The notes below the pieces were generated by a model that ran no database searches, was not told the DNA's origin, and saw nothing but the letters and a program-made list of their open reading frames with translations. A stretch of 63,733 bases of DNA, filler included, from Octopus bimaculoides (lineage: Eukaryota), in NCBI RefSeq assembly GCF_001194135.2. It is 4 parts of 4 records of this genome, joined end to end, with 100 filler letters (N's around TTAATTAATTAA, not from the genome) between each part and the next. Parts side by side here need not be neighbours in the genome. Positions count along the whole stretch, not along the records: positions 20,805 to 39,380 come from NC_068996.1; 3 more parts are not named here. The stretch is one strand, 5' to 3'. How positions within the stretch are numbered: position 1 is the first letter of the stretch; each line of letters starts with the position of its first letter. Shown here piece after piece: positions 22,531-35,293 of this stretch. Made by a program: the position numbers and the translations under genes.

Positions 22531-22805
22531 CTTGCTTGCGTCTCCCTGACTCAAGACGCAACCGTTGAACATTGCAGACATGTTTTTAAAAGCAGTTCGC
22601 CTAAGGCTCCTGTCCCACACGCATGGCATTTGACCAGCTCTGTTTGCTAATGGAGTTTCTGTGAAGTTATTTCTCACAAATGTGTAATCAACTCCAGTTT
22701 TGCTATTTTTAATTACCAAACTTGTATCTCCAAGATGTTCCAAGTTATATTATTGGTTTTCAGAGAAATGATTTAACTCCAGATTTGCTGTTTATACACC
22801 AAACC

Positions 22806-22960
22806 GTTGTTGCTGACTGTCCTAATGAACATTTTATATATACCCGAACAAAGAGTGTTATATGTTCGTGGTTATTGACTGTCCGAATGTACCTTTATAT
22901 ATACCAGAACAGAAGAGTGTTATATGTTCGTTGTTGCTGACTGACCAAATGTACAAATTA
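22806..22960. repeat. ~62-bp tandem repeat x ~2.5
   Basis: cgttgttgctgactgtcc.aatg.ac.tttatatatacc.gaaca.aagagtgttatatgtt repeated. Confidence 0.75.
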
Positions 22961-23792
22961 TACATAACAAAATAAAAAGTGATATTATTGTTGAGATGCC
23001 TTCTTGTTCCTGAATAAATGTTGATGTAAGGAAACTGTGTAGCACCCTAACAGTGCAAAAATACACAAACAGAAATCCTACCAAGTTACTCTTATCCAAC
23101 TGTAATGTATATTTCCAAATCTTATGTGTATTTTTGGTTCCTCTTGTGGGTAGTGCAACATGATTGCTAAAAAGATATGATATAATTGTATGTTTTCATA
23201 GAAACCTTAGAAATATCTCCATGAATAAATTAAATAAACTGAAATATGTTGTAGAATAAGGAGGAAAGAAAGAGAGTGAAAAGGACAACATGATGAAGAA
23301 AGCAAAAGGTTAAAGGCTGCTGATAGAAAAGAAAAGATGGTAACAACATTGTTCTCAGTTTGGATAGGCAGCTTCTGCTAAGTTGGTTTTATTTAGTTTA
23401 GGAAATGAGTTTTATGTCATTGTTTAAGCACAGACGTGTGTTGTTAGATTTATATAGAAGCACAGATCAAAAACAGATTAAAAGATTGCTTGAATGTAAT
23501 CTATTAACACAAACTTCAACAGAGTAAATGGCTTGTTTTTAAATACTGTTTGTGATGATAAAAAAAAAATTATTTCATGCTTATATAAACTTTCATAAGT
23601 AACAGACAAACATATACATACATTTGCATAGCTACAAATGTTATACACATCTCTGCAGGCATGGTTGTGCACTTCAGAGGCTCACTTTGCAACTATGTGG
23701 TTTTCAGTTCAGTCCTACTGCACGGCACCTTGGAGAAGTGTATAGTTCCAGGCCTTGTGAATGGATTTGATCGACAGAAACTGTGTGGAAGC

Positions 23793-23827
<35 letters not shown>

Positions 23828-24037
23828 GATTAGAGCCTTATGAAATGATGGTATCATCCAAGGAAGTATGTATGTATATTTTCCCCTTTAAAGATATACT
23901 CAGGGCATATGAATGTAATATTTAATTAATTCACTGAGTATTATTTGAAATAACTGTAAGGGATAATGATTGATTTGTTGTTAATAATAAACATTTATTA
24001 ACTTCACAATCTCCATTTTCTTTTTCTTCCTTTATAT

Positions 24038-24430
24038 ATATTGTTGTATTTGGGGATGGTCATGTTGCCAGTTTAGCCAGTGAAAATACGCGCACTATAT
24101 ATTTGGTGTTCACTTGCCCCTAAGAGCACAGCTAGAACAGTGATATTAAAGTCTGGCATGTATAGCATTGTCTTTGTTTGGAACACATTTTTTATTGACT
24201 TAAATACCTTTTTGTATACAACACGAATACAAAATGGCAAATCATTAGCAAGGAGAAAGAAGAAAGCAAAGGACCACTGATGAGGTCACAGAAGTGCGAT
24301 GAAAGAACTCTGGCCGAAATAGGATTAATGTAATGTAATATAAAGCTGAAGCAAATTAACACCAAATATATAGTGCGTGTGTTTTTATTGGCTAAACTTG
24401 CAACATGACCATCCCCAAATACAACAATAT
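24038..24430. mobile_element. Fold-back element with 80-bp terminal inverted repeats
   Basis: Arms 24038-24117 (atattgttgtatttggggatggtcatgttgc...) and 24351-24430 (...gcaacatgaccatccccaaatacaacaatat). A related shorter copy lies at ~12110-12265. Confidence 0.85.
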
Positions 24431-24469
24431 CTGTTTCAACACACGATTTCACATCAAGAATCTTGCAAA

Positions 24470-25890
24470 AGACAGCTGCAGGAGAAATACCTAGCCAAAG
24501 ATAAACCTCTGTACCTGGCTTTCATTGACATGGAGAAAGCCTTTGACAGGGTCCCCCGCTTCCTTATCTGGTGGTCAATGAGGAAACTAGGGATAGAAGA
24601 ATGGTTTGTGCGAGCCATATACTAGGATGCTGGCAGTAAGGTGAGGGTTGGCAACGAGTACAGTGAAGAATTCTGGATAGAGGTAGGGGTTGACCAAGGA
24701 TCAGTCCCCAACCCTTTCTTGTTCATCATAGTCCTCTAGGCAATAACACAGGAATTCGAGACAGGATGCCCTTGAGAGCTCCTCTATGCTGATGACCTTG
24801 CACTAATTGATGAGTCACTATCAGAACTAGAGAAGTTTCAGGTGTGGAAGCAAGGATTAGAATCGAAGGGCCTTAGAGTCAACCTAGCTAAAACCAAAGT
24901 CCTAATAAGTAGGAAGGCAGACAAACCACAAATCCCTTCAGGTAAATGGCCCTCCTCAATCTGCAGAAAGGGTGTAGGTAGAAACTCCATAACATGTAAC
25001 CAGTGTAAGCTATGGACACATAAGAGGTGCAGCAATATCAAAGGAAGGCTAACTGGGAAGTTCGTTTTTGTATGTGGCAGATGTTCAGGAGCAATAAACA
25101 CTGAAAATGTGCAGAGAACANNNNNNNNNNAGGAGCAATAAACACTGAAAATGTGCAGAGAACATCTGCCACATTCCAGGGAGAAAAACTACAAGTAGTT
25201 GATAGCTTCCGCTATCTAGGTGACCAAGTTTGTAGCGGGGGAGGGTGCGCTGAAAGTATAGCTGCTAGAATAAGAATAACCTGGGCAAAATTCAGAGAGC
25301 TTTTACTCTGCTGGTGACAAAAGGGCCTCTCGCTCAGAGTAAAAGGCAGACTGTATGACGCATGTGTACGAACAGCTGAGGACATGTGGAAGCTCGCAAG
25401 TAATGAAGTCAGTATACTCCGATGGATGTGTTGAACTTAAGAAGCATCAGTTGTGGTGTGCAAGAGAGATGATTGCACTGGTATGGTCATGTGGCGAGAA
25501 TGGATGAGGATAGCTGTGTGAAAAAGTGCCACACCCTAGTGGTTGAGTGAACCTGTGGAAGAGGTAGACCCAGGAAGACAAGTGAGACCATAACTCGTGG
25601 CCTTTACCAGGGGTGTAGCCAGCCCACTTATGCGTATCTTTCCTTCTTTGGACACTAAAGTTTGCTTGCGAATACCTGACTCGTGTGCAGGTGGCACATA
25701 AAAAGTACCATTTGAGCGTGGCCTGTAAAAGCACCCACTACGCTCTCTGAGTGGTTGGCATTAGGAAAGGCATCCAGCTGTAGAAACTCTGCCAAATCAG
25801 ATTGGAGCCTGGTACAGTCACCTGGTTCGCCAGTCCTCAGTCAAATCGTCTAACCCATGCTAACATGGAAAGCGGACGTTAAACGATGAT
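24470..25890 (+). mobile_element. 5'-truncated RTE-clade LINE (RT, Cys/His finger, 3' UTR), decayed
   Basis: LQEKYLAKDKPLYLAFIDMEKAFDRVPR, GVDQGS, LLYADDL, GLRVNLAKTK, FRYLGD, GRPRKT, then 3' UTR ending catggaaagcggacgttaaacgatgat. Multiple frameshifts. Confidence 0.95.
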
Positions 25891-26137
25891 ATATATATAT
25901 ATATATATATACATACACAAATTATAAAAATAATTTTTAAAAATATACAGTATGCTACTGTTTTTACTTTGCGGATTTTCACCTATTGTGGGGGTTTTGG
26001 AACATAACATTGACAATAGTGAAGGGACTATTGTATATATGTATGTGTGTATTATATTAGAGGAAAAACCAGAACCAAGGTAGAACGAGTGTCTCAAGTC
26101 ATTTAGAATAATTTAATTAGGGTAAGGTGAATTTGAA

Positions 26138-26213
26138 GTCTCACAGCCGTTTCTGGGATAACCCAAGTGGTAGGTTAGCATGCCCGTGCACTGGGTATTC
26201 CGTCATCAGAGAC
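26138..26213 (-). ncRNA. Degenerate hammerhead-ribozyme-like motif
   Basis: Minus strand: gtct-CTGATGA-c-ggaataccca(loop)tgggttatcc-ca-GAA-AC(ggct)GT-G-agac. Helices I, II and III can be drawn, but the cleavage triplet is GUG. Confidence 0.45.
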
Positions 26214-26454
26214 AAGGTGTGAATATTATAGATGGGGGAAAATTTACCGTTTATAAAGAATAAAATAGAAGAATAAAGAGTAAAAATAGTAAGAAAAACA
26301 GAAAAAAAATTGTTCTCCTGCCTATATTTATTCCCCTGCTTATATTATTCTCTTGCCTATATTTTTACTCTTTATTCATCTATCTTACTACTTCATCCTT
26401 CTATTTTATTCTTTATAAACTATGAATTTCTTTCCTTGTAAACTCAAAATGTAA

Positions 26455-26720
26455 AGACAGACAAAATACCACTAAGCATTTCACCCAGCATGCTAATGTT
26501 TCTGCCAGTTCGCCGCCTTTATATGAGCTAATGCTGAAAAATGAAAATGAATGCTCAACACTACATTGGTAGATCCTTATGTGTGTATTAACAATGTTAG
26601 CATTGGTTTCAAAGGAAATGAACAGAATAAGTACCGGACTTTAAAAAAATAAGAACTGAAGTGGATTTGTTTGTCTAAAGTCTTTGAGGCAGAGCCCCAG
26701 CGTTGCATGTTCCAACAACT
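26455..26720 (-). mobile_element. tRNA-derived SINE, family B
   Basis: ctaagcatttcacccagcatgctaatgtttctgccagttcgccgcc is the reverse complement of the head seen at 36670-36890 and 52425-52625. Confidence 0.6.
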
Positions 26721-27639
26721 GACACAAGAAGAAAAATGATATTTCTTCATACATACATATATAAATTTGAACTTCAGCACACAAACAAATACCCAGCACA
26801 CTTACGTGTGTGTGTGTGTATATATGAATTTATGCATATTTTTATATTTAGCAGAAGTAACAGAGTGACTCAAGATCCAATTGTTTCGTACGTTGGCACA
26901 TGTATGTATGTATGTGAATATACATGATACATGTATATACATACATATGTGCACACATACACATGCATATGTGCACATATAACTGTATGCATCATGTGTA
27001 CATACATGCACAAATAGTTGTACCCATATAAATAAGAATAAATACATGGACAAAAGTTTATACATAGGATATACATACATGCATATGTGTATAGACATAT
27101 ATACATACACATGCATACATACATATATACAAACATGCATGCATACAGACATACATTCATGTATATATATACATCATACACACATACATACATTCATACT
27201 ACATACATTCATGCATACATATATACTTACATACATTCATACTACATACATACACACATACTTACATTCATACATACACACATACATACATAAAAACTTT
27301 ACATATATGTGTGTATTGTTGATGTCATAAGAATTTATAAGCTTTCAAGGGAACATGAAGCCGCCTTTGATATATAACAACAGACTATGGAACCATGTCA
27401 GTTCTTGTTAAGCTGTCCAACCTCTGTCATCATGGAAAATAGACATTAAATGATGCTGATGATAGCAATACATGTCTCAGCTTATATCTGAAATATTGGT
27501 GTCTTTGAGTTGACATTTCACTGTTTTGTTTTGTCTAACTCACTTCTTTGTTACAAGTTATATTTTAACTCTGTGAGTTTCTATTGTTTCTCTTTGGTTA
27601 TTCCTTTTCCCCTGCCCCCCCCCCCACTCTCTCTCTTTT

Positions 27640-28105
27640 TACTCTTTTACTTGTTTCAGTCATTTGACTACAGCCATGCTGGAGCACCCCATTAGTTGAG
27701 CAAATCGACCCCGGGACTTCTTTGGAAGCCTAGTACTTATTCTATCAAACACAAACATATACACACATACATATATATATATACATATATATGACAGGCT
27801 TCTTTCAGTTTCCGTCTACCAAATCCATTCACAAGACTTTGTTCGGCCCGACCAAAGCCTGGTGAGCGGATTTGGTAGATGGAAACTGAAAGAAGCCCGT
27901 CATATATATATATGTTTGTCCCCGCATCATCACTTGACAACCGATGCTTGTGTGTTTATGTCCCCGTAACTTAGCAGTTGGGCAAAAGAGACTGATAGAA
28001 TAAGTACTAGGCTTCCAAAGAATAAGTCCTGGGATCGATTTTCTCTACTAAAGGCGGTGCTCCAGCATGGCCGCAGTCAAATGACTGAAACAAGTAAAAG
28101 AGTAT
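27640..28105. mobile_element. Two SINE family A pieces in opposite orientation (minus 27640-27835, plus 27850-28105)
   Basis: Family A tail and body motifs on both strands. Confidence 0.75.
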
Positions 28106-29219
28106 ACATTTGTCTCACTTTCTCTCTCTCTCTCTCTCTCTTTCTGTCCCCTTGCTCTTTCGGGTTCTCTCTGCTTTCTCTCTCCATCCCTCCCTCTCTT
28201 TATCTCTCCCTCTTCACCCTTTCTCTTAGATTTTCCAGGCTCCCTTTGCCATATTCTTTTCTGTCCTTCCTGCCCTTCCCCACTCTTCCAATCTCTCTGT
28301 CTTATATTCACTATTCCCAACATATGGTAGATTCCAATATAGATTCCCTCACAGTTGATTACACCAAAGAAAGCATCGCTTTCAAAAGACTAAGGAACTG
28401 GCAAGTTGATGAGTGAAGAACGGTATTCCTCACTTGGAATCTATCTGGATTGATGGAGGGATATAACTGCTGAACAACCTGATTGCAGGGATCCCAAAGA
28501 GCCTTGGTTTTCATAGGACCATGACTCAAACAGAAAGAAAAAAGAAGGAATTTATTAGTTCATGTGTCTTGGTTAAGCTGGAGAGTATCGTCAAAGAGTT
28601 GGAAACAAAAGGACCATTAACAAACTTCCAACTCCATGGAATCCAAGAAAATGGTACCTGTGAGAGAGGAAGTTGACTAAGCAGACTATACCACCACTGT
28701 GAAGAACCAGCAACCAAAGGAAGGGCTGCTAAGAAAAAGTGAATTAAGCAGAAGGGTAATGGTGAAAGGAAAGAAGAAATGGTAGAGACAGAGACCTTGG
28801 GAAAGAGAAAACCAAAGCAGTCTGGAAGTTCTATATAAACAGGATCTGCTAGCATGGAAACACTTGGATAAGCAGCTGGTGATTTACCCAGTTTGTTTAT
28901 CTTAAGCCCTGTGTAAACAATTCCCAATGGAATAAACACTTCCATCAGAATCAGCAAGGACACAAGACCAGGGCCAGCACACACACTATCACCATTTTGG
29001 AAAAATGTTGATGTTTCACATATTGTTTCCATAACAATATGTAGATGTAGTGCAAAACAATAGCAGCCAAAACACCAATTTTTTTCTTATATATGGCATC
29101 AAAGATTGTTACATCAAACATGGAATCAAAATTATGTGCACCAACATCCAAGACCATTGAAAACAGCAGAAGATCTAGGGTAAATCTGATACCTCAGCAG
29201 AAACCATTACTGATACCTC

Positions 29220-30760
29220 ATATGTCTCACCTATATTATAGCTGAATGCCAGAGGCCTTGTAAAACATACCAACTGGTTTACAATCCCATTCCTGAGAGA
29301 CCAAGTTATGTGTAATCAAGCAATATACATGGTATTGACAAAAACAATCTGATCACTGACACAATAGATGTATTTCAAAAGAGAGAAAGAACTCATGGTC
29401 GAGCCATAATGTACATCTTGAGAAGATGTCCCACCTGTTGTGTTGCTGTCACACTCAAACTCACTGTGACACTCTAATAGTACACAGGCAAATCAAAAGG
29501 CTAATCTGTATACTACCTATCACCCACCAGACATACCAAATCACAAGAATTCATTCAAAGATAGCCAAGAAAAAGTGGAAGAGGTATTAACCACTCTGGA
29601 TTATAGTCTTAACATATATTTTCTGAGAGACTTCAACCTCCCTAATACTGAATGGCCCAAGAGTCACCTCCTTTCAGGTATGTCACTGCATGAGCAGAGG
29701 TAGGCAGACTCTCCACTTCATCTTAAAAACATGCCATTCATGGAGCAAATAGTGCTTCACTCAACAAGGATATGGGTAAAAATATCCTATACCTCTACCT
29801 CACAATATGGTGCTTGTTCATAATGTTATGGTGACACCAATGATTTTTTTCAGGCCGTAATTCATAAGCACAAATAATTGTCCAAAGCAAACTGTACAAA
29901 GAGAAGCCAGACTGTAGCAGCCAATGGAGTTATAACCAAGAAGACATTGATAGCAAGTGGATTGCCTCAGGGAACTATCTTAGAACCACTATTGTTTGTT
30001 TTATACAAGTAGCAACTTTTACTAGTTATGCTGAGATACAAAAGGTGCAGAATCAGTCAAGAACTTTTTTTATGCTAATCTTGTACAGAAAAATCTAGAT
30101 GTTGTGTATAATTGGCTGCAAAAATCAACATGCAATGTAATGCAGGAAAATTCTGAGTCCTTTGATATCAGCCATCTCATGCCAACACCCTTCAACAAGA
30201 AGGAACCACAATCCCAGAGTCAAACTCAGTGAATTAGTTGGGGATTGATATGAGCAGTAATTCCTCGTTTCATATCATGAAGTTGGTAGTAATGTACTGG
30301 CAAATAGCAAGACAAATTCTGAGTACTTTCAGATCAATAGACCAGGAAACTATGCTGGTCCAATGGAGGATGTTTACCCTCTGCTATCTGGATTGCTGCT
30401 CTCAACTATGGTCACCACTGTGTCAATTTAAAAGTGTAACTTGAAGCAATTCAATGGTACTACACCAAGAAGATTGCTTTAATGAAACAATTGAGGTAGT
30501 GGAAGAGGTTGAAAGAACTATGACTCTACTCCCTGGAACAAAGGCAGGAGAAATATGCAGTGATATACATAGGAACGATCCCAGAGTGGATGGCACTAAA
30601 CATTAGCACTGAGAAGTATACCAACCACAGACCAGGACGCCCCTATACTGTGACAAAGATCCCAATCACTCCATGTAGAATCAGGGTCAGGCACCGCAAT
30701 GGCTTGGATTTCAAGTGTCCACACTTTCTAATCTGTCGTGTCATGGACTTGTTAGAGTTG
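29220..30760 (+). mobile_element. CR1-like LINE ORF2 relic (APE endonuclease, RT, C-terminus), heavily decayed and internally deleted; 28400-29200 may be its ORF1 remains
   Basis: LNARGL (APE start), YHPP, DFNLPNTEW, MEQIV...TR, SGLPQGTILEPLLFVLY, LWSP, LEAIQ...TKKI, LYSLEQRQEKY. Confidence 0.8.
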
Positions 30761-30989
30761 GGTATCCATTAAACTTGAGAATTTTTTGGAAATATGTGAT
30801 GTAAGTGGCTTGGTCAGTTACCTTGGTACATCTGATGCAAATGTGAGAAAATTCAATTTGTGTATAGTTGTGAGTGAGGAACTGACTTGGAGTGTAAAAA
30901 GATCCTCTGCTAGTTGCTTCCTTATCGAATCATGTGGTGATATCACTTTCTTCTGCAAGGTTGAGTACAAAGTAGTCTAGTATGGGGAG

Positions 30990-32570
30990 AATTCTTGATT
31001 CTTCAGTGAATTCAACAGTGAAATAACTGGAACAAAGTGTTTATTCCAATGAAATCAATGTGTTTGTCAATATTATTGAATATATCAAAGACAGTTTCAG
31101 TGCAGGAGGATGTAAAGACAAATGTGTATTCACATACCTTATAAAAAAAGAATAGAAACTGCAGTTGTTGCATATCCAACTTGCCAAAACAACAATGTAT
31201 GTTATGGCAGCAAGCCTGAAAGACTGGATCCTATATATAGACAAAGAGTTGTTGAAAGATGCATTGGTTGAAATTGATGTGTGCTTTTGATAATGATGGA
31301 AGTTTGGAAAATGAGACCATAACAGTGAAGGTTAGAAGAGATCGTATAGACTGTTATAAGGTAGACAAGTGCCAAGGGATAGAAAGGTATTATGACTATA
31401 ACCAGCTGTGTTTGTGTGTATCCAGATGGAGTCAGTGGAGTCTCCGGATGACTTCATCTGAGCTGTCTAAAGTAGGAGAGGTTTAAGGCCATGAGAGAAG
31501 AACCAAGAAACTTTGTAAAGAGGTCTGTTGAGGCTAGAGGCAACAGGTCTTATTTGGTTCAGGTTTATGTAAATAGGTTGTAATATTGTTGATATTCTTT
31601 AGAAGGATGGGTTCTGAGGCTGCAAATATTAATCCACAATGTTGTACTCAATCTTGGAATATTTTATTAAGGTGATCAAATGCTAAACTGTTGTAAGTAT
31701 CTTGGGTAAGAATTCCTTTCCTTAGTCCAAGGAAAAATAGATAAGATCTTTAAACCTGATGCTTTTCATAACTAGGACATTGTGAATGAAAGAGGTTGCA
31801 GACAGGTGTACTTTTGCAGGATTTTGAAAGTGGATCTTTTTAATCTATCAGGTTTGAGATTGAGATAATGTCTGACAGAAGAAGGGAATGAGTTATCAAG
31901 GTGGTAGGTAGGTAATTTGTTGGGGGTAGCAGCAGTGTTGATCATAGTGGTAGCATAGCTATAGTGGAAATTGAAATTAAAAACCCATTTTAATCAGTAG
32001 GTTGTACAACAGAAATTTGGAGTTTGGAGCGGAAGAAGTATCCATTTAGATTTGTTCCAGTTGGTTGCAAGGTGGTATGGTAAAGTATGTCGTTAAATTC
32101 TTGACATCACAATTACAGAAATTCTGTGTGTCTTGGCGGAGTAGTGTTTAATATAGATTCAGAGAAATTTACGTTCAAGCTGTGATTTTTCAAAGATAGT
32201 GCGGTGGTCCAATGTAGATACCAGATTGTGCAATTACTTATGCATCTGTGGTTGGGTCAGGGTGGAGTATCAGTTCCAAGATTTGAAGTATGTGTAGGGG
32301 AAGTTGGGATTGTTGATGGTGTAGAAGTTTCTTAGTGCAAAACCTGTATAGGAAATTCTAGTAATCTTTAAAATGGGGCAATCGAAAACATGTGGATAGT
32401 GTTGAAGATGATATCAGTTTTCAAACAGAATTTAAGAAAATTGATTCGGCTCATTTCTCTGAAAGAGTGAATAATTTTCTTAGTCACAGATTTAGCTTGG
32501 AATAAAGAGGCATTATAATTTGTTTGAAGAATAGCTATATGTGTAATTAAGATGTTTGAAAATCCTTTAT
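30990..32570 (-). mobile_element. Penelope-like element ORF relic
   Basis: Minus-strand remnants FLKFCLKTDII (N-terminus), IRPVASSLNRPLYKVSWFFSHGLKPL (RPIVS motif), GSSLSGLL and IRYVNT (RYVDD-like). Confidence 0.7.
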
Positions 32571-32799
32571 GCATGCAGAGGAAAAGTTAGACAAAATTTG
32601 AATAGTGGTGTTAATGAATGAAAACAAAACAAAAAATATTATTTTACCGTAATAAGTTGTTTAACGACCCTATAATATTTTGAGAAAAATTACCCTTCTC
32701 AAATAGAATAAAGAGTTTGGAGCAATATGTTATTATAGGCTGGCCATTGTATGTTAGGAAAATTTTTAAGTGAGCCAGTATAAATCACATATTTGCTTC

Positions 32800-34690
32800 T
32801 CATCTACAGGCATTATACATGGAAACAATGAAGGAAAACATTGCCATTAAGAAAACTCCCCCCTCTCAAGATCTTTAATCATTCTGGTCAAAGATCTGGA
32901 ATTACAGGAGAGATTTCAATCGTAAGGTATTGTGGCTAAATACAATTAGAAGAGAATACTGTACCAGTGTTGACCTGAAGACCTGAAACTTTCAAATAGC
33001 TGAAGGAAAACTACACAATGGATATGCACCAGGAAGAGACCTAATAGTTGTGTACTAGTATAAGAGGTTGACTGTTTACAGAATGCCATTACTATGTATA
33101 CTCAAAAGACTATGGAAGGCCAGATTGACATTCCTATAGCACAGATGAATCTTGCAGCCAAAAATAAAATCACTGAGCTAGCAGGAAACTATAAACCCAT
33201 TGCTTCCATAAACATTATGTACAAGCTGTTGTCTCAACCAATTTCTCTAGAATCATAGTGAGTTCAACAACACAGTGACTGATAAGAAGACAGGTGGAAA
33301 GAAGAAAGTCTGGGGATGTTCCAAGCAATTTTTAATAAACAAAACCATGTTGTCTGAAGTAAGAAAATACTGTAAAATTCTTGGGCCATAAAGCTTGATT
33401 ATAGGAAAGCATTCGACTCTATTCTCCACTAATGGCTGTTGAAGCCTCTATACTTGGCAGAAGTATCTACTACCTTATTCACTGCCATTGAGAGGCTCAC
33501 AAAGATCTTGAGTAACAATACTGACACTTACAACAGAGAGTGGAACGATTGCTTCTTATGTAAATGTTTCAAAGAGAATATTACAGAGAGATAATCTTTC
33601 TGCAAGTCTGTTTATTTTGGTATTAAATCCATTATAATTTCCACTGAAAAAAAACCAATGGCTGCATGCTAGGGTCTTACAACTGCTCAAGATATGAATG
33701 TAGCCAATAACTTTTTTATGGATGACCTGGAGATTTATGTTAGAAATGTTTATGATGCCAAAAGCAGCTGGAATTAATTGCATTTTCAGCTAACATAAGA
33801 ATGGAATTCGATTTAAAAAAAGTGTTCATATTTGACAGTTGAACATGGGAAATCAGTTCCCCAAACCCAAAACCTGTGTATCAACAGTCTTTCTATTGCT
33901 CCAGTTTCACACAAATAATACTACCAATACCTACACGTTGATGAAAACATATGATACAAAGATGCTGTGAATAATGAGTAACCTGAGAATGTTACACTAG
34001 ACTTAGAAAAATACGGTAGTTGGAACTCTCCTCTTACAACAAGACAACATGCTAATACCAACATTTGGGATACTTGAGTGGTTAGAGGAAATCCACTCTA
34101 TAGAGTTTCTTCAGAAACAGTGATATTGACATGCTCTACCTAAAAAGAGAGGAAGGGTGTAGAGGCCTGAGATCTGTGTAAACAGTCTTCAGATGTCATA
34201 GTCTCTCTCTCAGACAGCACTCGCTTAATACAACAGCATTAATAAATACATAAAGTTAGTGCTGAAAAACATAGAATAACATCCTATATGTCAGCAATGA
34301 TCTCTCTCTCACAGCTAGTCGAGCATGCCTCAAAGAAGATCTGGGAGTGAAATAATTTGTCTATCAAAAGAAGACTATGCAAGTGTATGTTTCCCAAAAA
34401 CTTGAAGATAACAGCAACATTGGCATGGAGTTCTGCTTCTCTTGGACTTGTAGCCATTAAATCACTTCATGTTTTTGAAGGTTGTGCATCTACAATCCAA
34501 GAGAAGGTGATTACTATCAAATGCCTAATAAACAGAAGGGACAGTGAATCCTTTGGGGCCTCAGATGCAACAAAAATATCAATTATGTCATGATTCTATG
34601 GAAGACATTACACATGTGATCAGCAGCTGCTCAAAAATGTCATCAAAAGATAAAAAGAAATGTAACTTTCATTGTACAGTCACACATTGA
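32800..34690 (+). mobile_element. R4/Dong-like LINE relic
   Basis: FWSKIW, GNYKPIASINIMYKLL, KKVWGCSKQFLINKTML, LDYRKAFDSI, ILQRDNLSASLFILVLNPL, FFMDDL, HVFEGCASTIQEK and EDITHVISSC (CCHC knuckle). Confidence 0.85.
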
Positions 34691-35293
34691 CCAGAATTTG
34701 AGGAAGGGTTACAATGGAGGGTGACAGGTGACAGATATTTAGGGGGAATTGTTTCTACCAAAACGATGATTAATGAGATAAAGTGATTATCAGAAGAATG
34801 AAGGATTTAGCTCCATTGTCTGGAAATCTTTTGTCACACACTTGTGACCACTTCAGTGACTCTTCCATCCAACATGTTTCCTTCTGTTCTGTTTAGTCCA
34901 TTCTGTCTGTCTATGGTGATGAAAGATTTCCAGACAATGAACATAAGATAAAATAAGGGTGATTTAGGGCTTTACAGGAACAGAAGGGTATTCCAAGCTA
35001 TGAAGAAGGCAATGTTTATCAATGCATGCAAAAAACATCCATTGCACAGAAAATGCCAGCTGATTATAAAGAAAAAAATATTAGTGTTTCATAGACGTGC
35101 TATAAATGCAACAGAATCCTTTGAACTGGGCCAAATAGAGAACATGGATGAAGTTTTATTATCATTTGATGTATCATCCAACAAGACTGTGTCAAAGAGT
35201 CTAAAACAGTCTTAATAATATTAAATTCAAATTACGACAAACGTAAACAAAGAAACGAAGTTTGCTCTTAGAAGCGTTGAGATGTCTTAGAAA

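Noticed and set aside
23202-23339. 138-nt segment with a good acceptor and donor
   Set aside because: Stop codons in all three frames; at most a non-coding exon, which sequence alone cannot support.
25088-25164. 34-bp direct repeat inside the RTE element
   Set aside because: It sits on both sides of a 10-N gap, so it is an unmerged contig overlap.
28526-29032. 168-aa hydrophobic minus-strand ORF
   Set aside because: Antisense to a purine-rich decayed LINE region; hydrophobicity follows from base composition.
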